From contig SIAN01000004.1 of the NCBI GenBank assembly GCA_009691715.1, forward strand, positions 13,101-77,100: a stretch of DNA of 64,000 nucleotides. The letters run 5' to 3'. Below, piece after piece: positions 8,657-18,495 of the stretch. Origin of the DNA: Planctomycetota bacterium. GTDB lineage: Bacteria > Planctomycetota > B15-G4 > SIAN01. Both the position numbers and the translations under genes were made by a program. The notes under the pieces were generated by a model. That model did not search any database. It saw only the letters and a list, made by a program, of their open reading frames with translations, and was not told the DNA's origin. Within the stretch, counting starts at the first letter, position 1. Each line of letters opens with the position of its first letter.

Positions 8657-10389
8657 CCCAACCGCCGTTCCGGATCGAGCCGCTCGATCTTGTGCCGACG
8701 CGCCGGGTACTTGCGGTGCGTCAGGTCGTGCGCCAGCTCGACCTCGACCTGCGCGTCGCGCCCCCGACCGGTCACGCGCGTGACGCGGCCGAGCCAGCGG
8801 CCGTCAATGCGGACGAAATCGCCGCGGGCAATCTCGATGCGGACGGCAGCGTCGCGCAGGGCAGTGTCGCGCTCCGTCGCGCGCGCGGCCGTTGCCGGTG
8901 GATCCGCCGCATGGCTCGCCGCCGGCAGGTTGCGCGCCAGCCAGTCCTCGCGGTCGACGCAGTTGTCGCACGCGTCGCAGCGCGTGGCCGGCGCCGCGAT
9001 CCCAAAGTAGCGGTTGAAGAACGCGCGCCGACACTCCTTCGTGCGCACATAGTCGACGACCTTCTGCAGCCGCTCGAGATCGCGCTGCTGCTTCTCGGGC
9101 CCTAGCTCCTCGGGCTCCTCGTCCGGCGCGATCGGTCGCACCAGCCGCGCCTTCCCGCGCTCGAGATCGCCCTCGAGCAGGCCAAGCGCGGTGAGCCAGG
9201 CGAGGCAGGTGTCGATCCGGCCATCGGGACCGCCCTTGCCGGCGATGGCACGTTGCAGCGACTCGCGGTCGAAGCTCTCGCCGCGCGCCCCCCACTCGGC
9301 GAGGCGCTGCGCGACTTCGCGGAACAGTCGCCGATCGGGATTGGCGGTGCGGACGAACTGCATCTGGATCGCCAGATCGTCCGGTGAATAGAGCAGCTCG
9401 CACCAGGACGGCTGGCCGTCGCGTCCGGCGCGACCGATCTCCTGCCAGAGTTCCTCGAGACTGCCCGGCAACTGATGGTGCAGCAGGAAGCGCAGGTCCG
9501 GCTTGTCGATGCCCATGCCGAAGGCGCGCGTGGCCAGCACGCGTTGCGCACCTGGCGCCTGGAACTTCCGGTGCATCGCGCGCCGCTCGTCGCGCGAAAG
9601 ATCGCCGTGGTAGACGAGCAGGCGCTGGCCGCCGCGCAGCAGCTCGTCCTCGAGCCGGTGAAGATCGCGGATCAGCGCGCCGTAGACGATTCCCGCGCCA
9701 GGGATGCGTCGCAGCAGCGTGGCGATGCGCGCCCACTTCGCCGCTTCGTCCACCGGCTCGGTCGCGGTGAGAAAGAGGTTGTCGCGCGCGAGACCCTGGT
9801 GATCGATTCGCGGATCGCGCAGCGCGAGGCGTTCGCGGATCTCCGCCATCACCGCAGGCGTCGCAGTGGCGGTGAGCGCGATCGTCGGCGGCATGCCGAG
9901 CCGCTCGCGGATCTTGCCGACGCGGCCGTACTCGGGCCTGAAGTCGTGGCCCCATGAAGAGATGCAGTGCGCCTCGTCGACGGCGAGCAGGCCGACCCGC
10001 GTCCCGGCGATCGCGGCGAGGAACGGCTCGCTGCGAAAGCGCTCGGGCGTGACGTAGAGCAATGGCACGCGCCCGGCGGCGAACGCGGCCGCGCGCCGCT
10101 CGCGTTCGCCGCGATCGAGCATCGAGTGCAGGCAGCTCGCCTCGATGCCGCGCGCGCGCAGCGCCGCGACCTGGTCCTCCATCAACGCGATCAGCGGCGA
10201 CAGCACGAGCGTCGGCGACGCCTGGACCTGCGCGGGGAGCTGGTAGAGCAGCGACTTCCCGCTGCCGGTCGGCCAGACGACCAGCGCGTCGCCGCCGGCG
10301 AGCAGATGCTCGACGATCGGCCGTTGCCCCGGCCGGAAGCCGGGGACGCCGAAACGATCGCGAAGGGTGCGCAGCAGTCGGTCGTCCAT
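8653..10389 (-). CDS. recQ: RecQ family ATP-dependent DNA helicase
   Basis: FRPGQ, PTGSGKS, DEAHC, WGHDFRPEY, TATA, FGMGIDK, QEIGRAGRDG, zinc-binding CRR...CDACDNC. Confidence 0.93.
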   Translation of the reverse strand: MDDRLLRTLRDRFGVPGFRPGQRPIVEHLLAGGDALVVWPTGSGKSLLYQLPAQVQASPTLVLSPLIALMEDQVAALRARGIEASCLHSMLDRGERERRAAAFAAGRVPLLYVTPERFRSEPFLAAIAGTRVGLLAVDEAHCISSWGHDFRPEYGRVGKIRERLGMPPTIALTATATPAVMAEIRERLALRDPRIDHQGLARDNLFLTATEPVDEAAKWARIATLLRRIPGAGIVYGALIRDLHRLEDELLRGGQRLLVYHGDLSRDERRAMHRKFQAPGAQRVLATRAFGMGIDKPDLRFLLHHQLPGSLEELWQEIGRAGRDGQPSWCELLYSPDDLAIQMQFVRTANPDRRLFREVAQRLAEWGARGESFDRESLQRAIAGKGGPDGRIDTCLAWLTALGLLEGDLERGKARLVRPIAPDEEPEELGPEKQQRDLERLQKVVDYVRTKECRRAFFNRYFGIAAPATRCDACDNCVDREDWLARNLPAASHAADPPATAARATERDTALRDAAVRIEIARGDFVRIDGRWLGRVTRVTGRGRDAQVEVELAHDLTHRKYPARRHKIERLDPERRLG

Positions 10390-10427
10390 CACGTCCGATA
10401 TGGTGCGGCAGCGAGGATGCCGCGTCC

Positions 10428-11450
10428 ATGAGCGAGTCAAACTACGAGATCCGTCCCTACCTCCCCGGCGACGAAGCGGGCCTCATCGAGCTCTGGAACG
10501 CGGTCTTCGGCGAAGGCGCTGCCGACTTCGCGCCGCGCACCCTCGCGCAGTGGCGCTGGCTGTGGGCCGACAACCCGATGGGCCGCCAGATCATGGTGGC
10601 GGCGGCGGAGTCGGGGCAGCTCATCGCCCACTACGGCGCGATCCCGGCGCGCATCCAGATCGGTACCGAGGTGCACGTGTCGGCGCAGATGATCGACTCG
10701 ATGGTGCACCCGGAATGGCGGCGCGGACTCCAGCGCGAAGGGGTGTTCCTGAAGACGGCGCGCACCTTCTTCGAAAAGTGGGGCCATCTGCCGGAGAACG
10801 GCGTCCACTACGGCTTCCCCAACAAGCGCGTCTACCCGATCGGACGGCGCTACCTGAAGTACTCCTCGTTCATCGAGCCGGTGCCGGTCGTCCATCGCAA
10901 CTTCTTCGAGGACGGCGACGACGACGCCGTCGGGCGCGCGCATGCCGATGCCGCGGAGGCGGTCGCGATCGAACGGTTCGGACCCGAGTTGAACGAGCTC
11001 TGGGAGCGCCTCGCCCCGGCCTACCCGTTCGCCCACGTCCGCGATCTGGCCTACCTGCGCTGGCGCTACGACGGCTGCCCCTGGCTCCCCTACCGCCGTT
11101 TCCTGATCCGCGGGCGCGGCGGCGAACTGCGCGGCTACTTCGTGCTGCGGGAGAAGTGGCAGAACCTGCCGATCCTCGCGCTGACCGACCTTTTCGTCGC
11201 GCCCGACGACGCGGCGGCGGTCGCGGTGGCGCTGCGGGCGGCAACCCGCCACGCGCGCGCCACCGGCCACGCGCGGATCGAGGGGTGGCTGCCGGAACGC
11301 CATCCGACCTTCGCGCACGCGCTCGCCGCGGGATTCCGGACCGAGCCCGGGCTCTACGTGATGTGCATGAACCTGTTCGTCCCGACGCTGTCACGCGAAC
11401 AGGCGCTGGCGCAGTGCTACTACACGATCGGCGACAGCGACGTCTGGTAG
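10428..11450 (+). CDS. GNAT family N-acetyltransferase (tandem GNAT-like)
   Basis: YEIRPY start, DSMVHPEWRRG acetyl-CoA loop, YGFPN, RDLAYLRWRY, C-terminal GDSD. Confidence 0.8.
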   Translation: MSESNYEIRPYLPGDEAGLIELWNAVFGEGAADFAPRTLAQWRWLWADNPMGRQIMVAAAESGQLIAHYGAIPARIQIGTEVHVSAQMIDSMVHPEWRRGLQREGVFLKTARTFFEKWGHLPENGVHYGFPNKRVYPIGRRYLKYSSFIEPVPVVHRNFFEDGDDDAVGRAHADAAEAVAIERFGPELNELWERLAPAYPFAHVRDLAYLRWRYDGCPWLPYRRFLIRGRGGELRGYFVLREKWQNLPILALTDLFVAPDDAAAVAVALRAATRHARATGHARIEGWLPERHPTFAHALAAGFRTEPGLYVMCMNLFVPTLSREQALAQCYYTIGDSDVW

Positions 11451-11629
11451 CGCGGCCGGCGGAATACAGCGCGACTTGGTGCTGATTCGGTCGCACGCTC
11501 CGCGCCGCACCGCAGGCTGGAGTCGCTAAAGCTCGCCAGTATCATCCGCCGACCTTTGGCCAAAGGCGGGTGCCCCACGAGGGCGCCAGGCGAAAGAGGC
11601 TCGACTCACCAGAACGAGGAGATTCGTCC

Positions 11630-11929
11630 GTGACCTACGTCGTCGGCAAGCCGTGCGTGAAGTGCAAGTACGGGGACTGCGTCGAGGTGTGCCCCGTCGA
11701 GTGCTTCTTCGAGATGGAAGACATCCTGATCATCGAGCCGGCCACCTGCATCGACTGCAGCGCGTGCGAGCCGGTCTGCCCGCCGCAGGCGATCACCGCG
11801 GGCGATCGCGCCGACGCGGAGTACACGGCGCTGAACGCCGCGGGGCCGTTCCCCGAGGACAAGAAGCGCAACAAGAAAGACCAGGTCACCCACGGTCCGA
11901 ACTGGGACGCGGGATTGGCTGGCGGCTGA
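11630..11929 (+). CDS. fdxA: FdxA-type dicluster ferredoxin
   Basis: GTG after [27 protein letters not shown] and [12 protein letters not shown] motifs. Confidence 0.9.
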   Translation: MTYVVGKPCVKCKYGDCVEVCPVECFFEMEDILIIEPATCIDCSACEPVCPPQAITAGDRADAEYTALNAAGPFPEDKKRNKKDQVTHGPNWDAGLAGG

Positions 11930-11958
11930 GCGCGCCTTGATCGTCGAACGATCCGACT

Positions 11959-11991
11959 GCGGCCTCGCGCGGGGTTCCTGCGCGGGGCCGC
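11959..11991. terminator. GC-rich hairpin between convergent genes (possible terminator)
   Basis: 15-bp stem gcggcctcgcgcggg / cctgcgcggggccgc with two G-U pairs on the plus strand; no clear U-tract. Confidence 0.5.
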
Positions 11992-11998
11992 GCGCGTC

Positions 11999-12562
11999 TC
12001 AGCCGCGTTCGATGTCGGTCAGCAGAGCTGCGATCGCGGCGGTGAGCGGGTGCGGGAAGCAACTCGCGAGTCGTTCGTGGACGCGGCGGTAGTAGTCGAG
12101 CGTCGGCTCGCGGCCGCGGCGGAAGAGCCTCCAGACCTCGGCGCCATTCGTTGCCAGCAGTTGGCGCAGATCCGCGAGGTTGTGGACCTTGTCAGCGGCG
12201 GTCACGGCGCGTGCGCCAAGGCTCATCGAGCAGATCGCGTCGATCGTGTGCTGTTTGCGTTGCTCCCACGTGAGCGACTTTTCCTCGCTCACCTCGGCCA
12301 CCAGCGCCGCGACCGTCGAGCCGAGCAGAGTGGCGATCTCCGGCAGCCCGATCCCGCTGTCCTCCACCACGTCGTGGAGGATGCCGGCGGCGACCACGTC
12401 GACCTCGAAGCCGTGCCGCGCCAGCAGCACGCCGACGTGCAGCGGGTGAACGACGTAGGGCACTCCCGCCTGGCCTTTCCGTTCCTGACCGGCGTGAGCG
12501 CGCAGCGCCAGCGCGATCGCCAAGTCGAGACGCGGATCGCAGCCGTCAGGAAAGATCGTCAT
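11999..12562 (-). CDS. HD-domain hydrolase, MESH1/small alarmone hydrolase-like
   Basis: AHAGQERKG, PYVVHP, AGILHDVVED, ADKVHN motifs of the RelA/SpoT hydrolase domain; no synthetase domain. Confidence 0.88.
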   Translation of the reverse strand: MTIFPDGCDPRLDLAIALALRAHAGQERKGQAGVPYVVHPLHVGVLLARHGFEVDVVAAGILHDVVEDSGIGLPEIATLLGSTVAALVAEVSEEKSLTWEQRKQHTIDAICSMSLGARAVTAADKVHNLADLRQLLATNGAEVWRLFRRGREPTLDYYRRVHERLASCFPHPLTAAIAALLTDIERG

Positions 12563-12575
12563 CGCGGTTCGCCGG

Positions 12576-13421
12576 TCAGATCGTGACGCCGAAAACGCCC
12601 TTGAGACCGAAGGCTGCGACGATGGTGAGCACCACGAAGACGAGGACCAGGCCGGCCTCGCTGCCGAAGCTGAGATCGAGCCCAAAGCAGGGGAGCGGCC
12701 GGACTGGATACGACGTGAGTGCGATCTTCTGGAACCGCGAATCGGCGCCGAACGAGTTCTCACCGGGGTAGAGCAGCTGGTCGAGGAAGCCGTTCGAGCG
12801 GACCGGCGCGACCATCGGCGTGCCGGGAAGCGGGCCGACGTGGATCAGCTTCGTGACCGTCTCGCCGCCGCTGGTGAACTTCAGCGTGTGGACGCCCGGC
12901 AAGGTGGCCGCCAGCTTGAACGCCACATGGCCGCGTGCCGGCAGATGCACGACCCGGGAGCGCAGCTCAAGCCCGGGCGGCAGCTCGACGGCGGTGTCGG
13001 CGCCATCGCCCTTCGCGAGATCGAGCTCGGCGCGAACATCAACCACTGCGCCAACGTCGAGGGGCCGGATCCCCAGTCGCATCTGCATCTGCGCGAACAG
13101 CAGCACGAACGGGATCAGCATCACGAACATCGGCTTGAACTGCTCGCCGACGTAGCCGCAGAGCCAACCAAGAGTCTTGCCGAGCGAGCTGAAGACGACG
13201 CCGATGCTGTCACGGAAGAGCAGGATCGCGATGATGTTGCCCATGCAGCGATCCTTGAAGACCGCGACACGCTTCGCATTGGTGGTCCACTTCATCGCCA
13301 GCAGGGCCATCACGCCGAACAGCGCGCCGAGCACCAGCAAGCCGACCCACTCCGGCAGCGCCGCGAACGGCGCCCAGATCAGGTCGAACACCACCGCCAT
13401 CGCCGAATTGACCGCGTCCAT
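12576..13421 (-). CDS. Membrane protein, EMC3/TMCO1/DUF106-like with beta-rich soluble insert
   Basis: TM1, helical linker, FKPMFVMLIPFVLLF TM2, soluble domain, C-terminal TM; family assignment by recalled pattern only. Confidence 0.6.
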   Translation of the reverse strand: MDAVNSAMAVVFDLIWAPFAALPEWVGLLVLGALFGVMALLAMKWTTNAKRVAVFKDRCMGNIIAILLFRDSIGVVFSSLGKTLGWLCGYVGEQFKPMFVMLIPFVLLFAQMQMRLGIRPLDVGAVVDVRAELDLAKGDGADTAVELPPGLELRSRVVHLPARGHVAFKLAATLPGVHTLKFTSGGETVTKLIHVGPLPGTPMVAPVRSNGFLDQLLYPGENSFGADSRFQKIALTSYPVRPLPCFGLDLSFGSEAGLVLVFVVLTIVAAFGLKGVFGVTI

Positions 13422-13463
13422 CTCGCTTCGCACTCCGCGCAACGTGTCGCACCAAGCGTCCGC

Positions 13464-13664
13464 TCAGGAGATGTAGCCGAGCCCGCGCAGCTTCTCGCGC
13501 ATCTTCTCGGGGTCCTCGGTCCCGCCGGTGTCCATCGATGCCAGCTCGCGCTCGAGGATGTGGTTCACGAACTCGTCGAGCGAGCTGTAGCCCGCCGCCT
13601 CGGCGAACTTCTTCAGTTTCTCGAACACGTCCTTCTCGAGCTTGATCTTGTTGCCGCCGAACAT
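13464..13664 (-). CDS. Small ribbon-helix-helix (CopG-like) protein with C-terminal LRGLGY tag
   Basis: ATG after GGAG RBS; KIKL strand, helix, GYSSLDEFVNHILERE helix; ends MREKLRGLGYIS. Confidence 0.85.
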   Translation of the reverse strand: MFGGNKIKLEKDVFEKLKKFAEAAGYSSLDEFVNHILERELASMDTGGTEDPEKMREKLRGLGYIS

Positions 13665-13753
13665 GTCTTGTCTCCATCGAGGCCGACCTCGCGCGGTGCG
13701 CGCGGCCGGAAGTGGTTGTGGGTGTCGCGAGGTCGTCGCCCCGCCATCGCTGC

Positions 13754-15712
13754 TCAGTAGAGGCTCTTGCCGCGCATGTCGGCCGTCGGCTTGACGCTGA
13801 AGTGATCGAGCAGGGTCGCCGTCACGTCGTAGAGGCACGGTTCAGTCGGCGACAGCTTGCGGCTCGACAAGAAGACGCCAGGGACGACTTCGGGCGCCAT
13901 CAAGTGGTTGCCGCTCCAGCGCAGTTTGTTGTCCTCGACGATCGGATCCTTGGGCTGCACCTGACCGAGCGCGGCGGTGTCGGACGCGCCGTATCCGCGG
14001 TCGTATCCGACCACGAGATCGGGTGCATGCTCGAGCTGTCCGCCGTGATAGGCCTCCTCGCGGAGGTCGACCCGGCGCACGACCTTCGCGCCGGTCTTCG
14101 GATCAACCAGCGCGAGCAGCTTGCCGCGGATCTCCGTGAGCAGCGCTAGGCGCTCCCCCTGAACGACGGAGCCTTCCTTCTCCCGCCCCTTCAGGTTCAC
14201 GTAGATGCCGTTGAAGCCCACGGCATAGGCACGGGTGGTGGCGCGGTCGATGCCGCCCTTCTCTGCGAGGGAGTAGACGCCTCGTGGACTCGCGGCCGCC
14301 TCCGCTGTGACCTGGAGATACCCCTCCTGCAACAGCCAGTTATTGAGGTTCACCTTGCGCAGGAACGGTGAGAAGCCGTGATCGGAGAGCACGACCAGCT
14401 CGGTCTCCATTCCGATCTTCTCGCGCAGGTGGCCGAGCGCCTGGTCCATCAGGACATAGGAGTCCTCGATCGACTTCGAGTACTTCGTCGCCAAGACCTC
14501 GTCGCGCGCCGGATGGCCGGGCTCGATGTGGCGCCACATCATGTGGCTGCGCAGATCGATGGTGGAGAAATAGAAGAACAGCAGCCCGCGGTCGAAGCGC
14601 TGCACCGCGTAGTCGAGCATCTTCATCCGCTCGTGATGGATGTCGTCGCAGTTCGAGATGAACTCGCGGTCGTCGAGCGTCCCTTCATCGAGCGCCTTGG
14701 TCTCTTCGGCCAGACCCTGGGTGTAGAACGGCCCGATCGCCTCGGCGAGATCGATCACCGCGGCGTCGTCCGGCGTCGAGATCGACATGCATGGGTTGCG
14801 CGGATCGATGTTGACCGGTGAGCAGTAGAGGCGCAGCTCCGGGTGCACCTGCTGCAGATAGAATTTCACCATGCCGTTCATCGATTCGGTGTAGAGCGGC
14901 AGGAAGGTCTCGAGCTCGAACGAGCAGGCGAGCCACTCGCTCCACTGCCCTTCTTCGAGCAGGCACGACTCGCCGTCCGCGATCTCGATCTCGACGATCG
15001 GCTGGTCGGGATCGATGAAGACCGAGAACGCACACTCGCTCTGCGGCACGACGTTCTTGCCCTCCGGCGGCGAAGCATGCGGGCTCGCCGGGCCGAAGAG
15101 CGTGGCGTCGACGCGCCCCTTCAGGTTCCTCACCTTGCTCCACTTGCCGCCGTGGATCTTGTCGAAGTTGTCCGGCACGTCGGTCGTGTAGTAGACGTAC
15201 ATGCCGTCGATGCCGCCCTGCAGGTCGGGCGTGCCCATGTCGGAAAGCGTCAACTGCTCGCTCGGCTGGATCGGGTAGGCCGCCGGCATCCGGTAGACCT
15301 CGCACTTCACGCCTGTCTCGCCGAGCAGATCCCAGAACGGCCGGCGCTCCTCCATCGCTCCCGACGAGCTGACCGGCAGGTAGGTCTGCGGATCGCGGTG
15401 CAGGAAGTCGAACACGCCGTGGCCGCCCGGATCCATGCCGGTGATGAAGTTCGACCAGGCGACCGGCGACTGCGGCGGGTTGCTGGTGCAAAGCGGCACG
15501 AAGGTGCCGGCATCCGCCAACGCCTTGAAGTTCGGCATCCGGCCGGCGTCCATGTACTCGCGCAGCAGGTTCGGATCCATCCCGTCGATGCCGACCACGA
15601 CCAGCTTTCTGCCGTCCTGTGCGACCGTTTCGCTGCACGAAACGAACGAGAGCGCAGCGGTCGCGGCCGTCGCAGCCGCCAGCATCGCCAGTCGAAGATC
15701 TCGCGAGTTCAC
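13754..15712 (-). CDS. Alkaline phosphatase superfamily (NPP/type I phosphodiesterase-like) enzyme 1, putative lipoprotein
   Basis: GTG start with GGAG RBS; lipobox-like FVSC; GIDGMDP, PPQSPVAW, DLRSH, SDHGF, WSGNH. Confidence 0.88.
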   Translation of the reverse strand: MNSRDLRLAMLAAATAATAALSFVSCSETVAQDGRKLVVVGIDGMDPNLLREYMDAGRMPNFKALADAGTFVPLCTSNPPQSPVAWSNFITGMDPGGHGVFDFLHRDPQTYLPVSSSGAMEERRPFWDLLGETGVKCEVYRMPAAYPIQPSEQLTLSDMGTPDLQGGIDGMYVYYTTDVPDNFDKIHGGKWSKVRNLKGRVDATLFGPASPHASPPEGKNVVPQSECAFSVFIDPDQPIVEIEIADGESCLLEEGQWSEWLACSFELETFLPLYTESMNGMVKFYLQQVHPELRLYCSPVNIDPRNPCMSISTPDDAAVIDLAEAIGPFYTQGLAEETKALDEGTLDDREFISNCDDIHHERMKMLDYAVQRFDRGLLFFYFSTIDLRSHMMWRHIEPGHPARDEVLATKYSKSIEDSYVLMDQALGHLREKIGMETELVVLSDHGFSPFLRKVNLNNWLLQEGYLQVTAEAAASPRGVYSLAEKGGIDRATTRAYAVGFNGIYVNLKGREKEGSVVQGERLALLTEIRGKLLALVDPKTGAKVVRRVDLREEAYHGGQLEHAPDLVVGYDRGYGASDTAALGQVQPKDPIVEDNKLRWSGNHLMAPEVVPGVFLSSRKLSPTEPCLYDVTATLLDHFSVKPTADMRGKSLY

Positions 15713-15746
15713 CGATCCGTCTCCGATCACCGTTCCGTCTCCAATT

Positions 15747-17930
15747 TCAGCGGGCGGCAGGAGCCGGAACACGTTTCCGCGGCGCCGCGGCAGCAGGCGC
15801 ACCACCCGGCGGCGAACTGCGCTCGCCGAAGAGGCGCTGCCCTTGCATGTAGGTCGGCGGCTTAATCCCAAACAAGTCGAGCACGGTCGGCGCGAGGTCG
15901 AGGATGTTCGGCGTCGCGGTGTTGATCTTGCGGTTGCAGAAGAAGACGCCCGGCACGATGCGCGGGTCCATGCAGTGATCGCCGCTCCAGCTCTTGGTGT
16001 TGTCGCTGAAGACGTTCTCGCTGGTGCAGCCGACCGCGCAGTCCCACGAGTGGCGATAGCCCGCCTCGTAGCCGATCAACAGGTCGGGCGCCTCGTAGCT
16101 ATAGGGCCCGGCGAAGTTGGCCTGCGTGTCGAACACCTCGCGGATCGCGCGAATGCCGTCTCGCTTGCTGTCGAGAAGGTGGCGCAGCTTGTCGGCGATC
16201 TCGTTCTTCAGGCGGTGGAGCTCGTCGCCGTCATCGACGATGCCCTTCACCTCGCGGCCCTTGCGATTGATGAAGACGCCAGTGAGGCCCATCGAGAACG
16301 CCTTGGTCTTGCTCCAGTCGACGCCTTCGAACCAGTCACCGCCGGTTCGCTTGCCGTCCTTCAAGACGAGATAGCCCTCGTCACGCAGCCACGCATTCAA
16401 GTTGACGCCGCGCTGGAACTGCTTGAAGCCGTGGTCCGACATCACCACGAACACCGTGTTCTTGTCGGCGCACTTCGCGCGCGCGCGTCCGACGAACTCG
16501 TCGCACCAGCGGTAGACGTCCTCGACCGCGTTCTTGTGCAGCACCGTGTCCTTGCCGACGTTCGCCGGGTGCTTCGGGTCGAGGTAGCGGAAGAACATGT
16601 GCTGGATGCGGTCGGTCGTGTCGAAGACCGTCGTGATGAAGCCGTTCTTGGTCTTCGCCACGGCGTCCCAGAACATCGCCTCGCGTTCCTGTCCGTAAAG
16701 GTACGCCTGCTTCAGGAACGCCGCTTCGTCGATGCGCCGTTCGTTCAGCGCCCAGGTGTCCTCGGCGAGGCCAAGCGTGCCGAACGGGCCGATGATCTTG
16801 GCGAGGTAGGCCGAATAGACCTGCGGCTCGCTGATCGGGAGGATCGGATTGGCCGGATCGATGTGGACCGGCGTGACGTAGAGCTCGACCTCGGGATCAG
16901 CCTTCTGCAGATAGAAGCGGGCGATGCCGTTCATGCCCGGAAAATCGACGCGCAGCCACGGCGAGTAGTCGCCGAGCTTGAGCTCGACCGTCTCGCGCCC
17001 GATCTTGAGCTTCGCGCCCTTGCGATCCGCGGCGAGCGTCAGCTTGAACGGGCAGGAGAGCTTCTGACTGCCGATCGACGGACCTTCGATCGCTGCCTCG
17101 ATCACGTCGCCGACGCGGCGCACCTCGGTCTCGGTGCCGCCGGCGTTTTCGGCACCCATCCCGGCCGTCTCGTCCTGGATGCGGCCGCTCAACTTCGTGG
17201 TGAAGAACGAAAAGCTGCCCTGCGAGCCCTTCAAGTCGGGCACACACATGCCGGAGAGCAGCACGCCGTTCTTGAACTTCTCCGGCGGGAAGGTGATCGG
17301 CACGCGCTGGATCGCGCTGCTCACCCAGTTGTCGCCGAGGATCTTCCAGAACGGCTGGCTGCGTCGCAGCATGCGATAGAACGACTTGTGGAAGGTCTTC
17401 TTGAAGATGCCGAAGCCGAAGGTCGTCTCGCTCTCCGCGATCTTGGCCGACGACAGGACCGGCATGTAGGTGCAGACGTCGCGCGTGATGAAATCGAAGA
17501 TCCCATGCTTGCCGGGATCGACGCCGGTCATGAAGCTCGACCACGCGACCGGCGACATCGACGGCGTCGCCGTCGTCAGCGGCAGGAAGATCCCGTCGTC
17601 GGCGAGACGCTTCAGGTTCGGCAGCTTGCCCTCGGCCATGAAGCGGTTCGCGAGCTCCGGATCCATGCCGTCCATGCCGACGATCACGACCCGCTTCGCC
17701 TTCTGCCGCGAGCGCCGGTCCGCCGTCTTGAACCAGCGGATCGTCATGCGCACCGGCAGGATCAAGAGCGCGCCGAACGCCGCCAGCAGCGCGAACGCCA
17801 CGACGAACACGGCACCGGCGGCCGCAATGCCCGCGCCCGGCCCGATGTAGCCGTAGGCCGTAGTCGGCCCGAAGCAGACCACCGCGAACAGGGTGGCAGC
17901 GATCAGTCGGAGCTTCAGCGAACGGGCCAT
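15747..17930 (-). CDS. Alkaline phosphatase superfamily (NPP-like) enzyme 2 with signal-YIGPG-TM N-terminus
   Basis: AYG-YIGPGAG then TM helix and basic stretch; GMDGMDP, PSMSPVAW, DRIQH, SDHGF, WSGDH. Confidence 0.9.
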   Translation of the reverse strand: MARSLKLRLIAATLFAVVCFGPTTAYGYIGPGAGIAAAGAVFVVAFALLAAFGALLILPVRMTIRWFKTADRRSRQKAKRVVIVGMDGMDPELANRFMAEGKLPNLKRLADDGIFLPLTTATPSMSPVAWSSFMTGVDPGKHGIFDFITRDVCTYMPVLSSAKIAESETTFGFGIFKKTFHKSFYRMLRRSQPFWKILGDNWVSSAIQRVPITFPPEKFKNGVLLSGMCVPDLKGSQGSFSFFTTKLSGRIQDETAGMGAENAGGTETEVRRVGDVIEAAIEGPSIGSQKLSCPFKLTLAADRKGAKLKIGRETVELKLGDYSPWLRVDFPGMNGIARFYLQKADPEVELYVTPVHIDPANPILPISEPQVYSAYLAKIIGPFGTLGLAEDTWALNERRIDEAAFLKQAYLYGQEREAMFWDAVAKTKNGFITTVFDTTDRIQHMFFRYLDPKHPANVGKDTVLHKNAVEDVYRWCDEFVGRARAKCADKNTVFVVMSDHGFKQFQRGVNLNAWLRDEGYLVLKDGKRTGGDWFEGVDWSKTKAFSMGLTGVFINRKGREVKGIVDDGDELHRLKNEIADKLRHLLDSKRDGIRAIREVFDTQANFAGPYSYEAPDLLIGYEAGYRHSWDCAVGCTSENVFSDNTKSWSGDHCMDPRIVPGVFFCNRKINTATPNILDLAPTVLDLFGIKPPTYMQGQRLFGERSSPPGGAPAAAAPRKRVPAPAAR

Positions 17931-18086
17931 GCATTCCTCGGCGGGCCTTCGATGCCAACGAAACAAGCGGCGGCGCCGGCCGGCGCGAGCCGCAGGAACG
18001 TGGAAGCAGCGATCGTCGGAACAGTGAACGTCAGATTCAACCCTCGGGCTTGAGCCCCCTGCGGCCGGTGGCGAAGCGACACCGCG

Positions 18087-18476
18087 TCAGCGGGCCGTAC
18101 CGTCCACCCGACGCGCGCCTCGATCCGGAAAAGTCGGCCGGAAGCAGCACTCGAAGACGAACACCATGGCGATCGCGGCCGCCACGGCACCCACAAGCGC
18201 CCCGTGCTCGGTGAGCCATTGGACGAGGGTCTCATCCCAGGTTGGGGTGCGGATCCCGATGCCCGGTGGGATGTAGGCCTGCGCTTGCGGCGCCCCCAGC
18301 GACGCGGCCCCGGCGACGCACAACAGCCACAGAGCCTGCAACCGACGCCGCCGCGGGCCATGCGACGGAAACGGAAGCGGCGGGGCGTTCGGTCGCGCGA
18401 TGAACGGCATGACCTGGCTCCTTGGCGCCCCGGCCGGCGCAGACGGCTTCGACGGAGTCGCCGTCGAGCCGTCCAC
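18087..18476 (-). CDS. Small membrane protein with signal-YIPPG-TM architecture
   Basis: RRRR plus hydrophobic core plus AQA-YIPPGIG, then TM GALVGAVAAAIAMVFVF; in operon orientation; start uncertain (GTG 18476 or ATG 18410). Confidence 0.5.
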   Translation of the reverse strand: MDGSTATPSKPSAPAGAPRSQVMPFIARPNAPPLPFPSHGPRRRRLQALWLLCVAGAASLGAPQAQAYIPPGIGIRTPTWDETLVQWLTEHGALVGAVAAAIAMVFVFECCFRPTFPDRGARRVDGTAR

Positions 18477-18495
18477 GTCAGCGAGTCCGAGCGGG

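Noticed and set aside
11540..11625. Riboswitch upstream of the ferredoxin gene
   Set aside because: Only short GC hairpins, with no aptamer consensus I can recognise.
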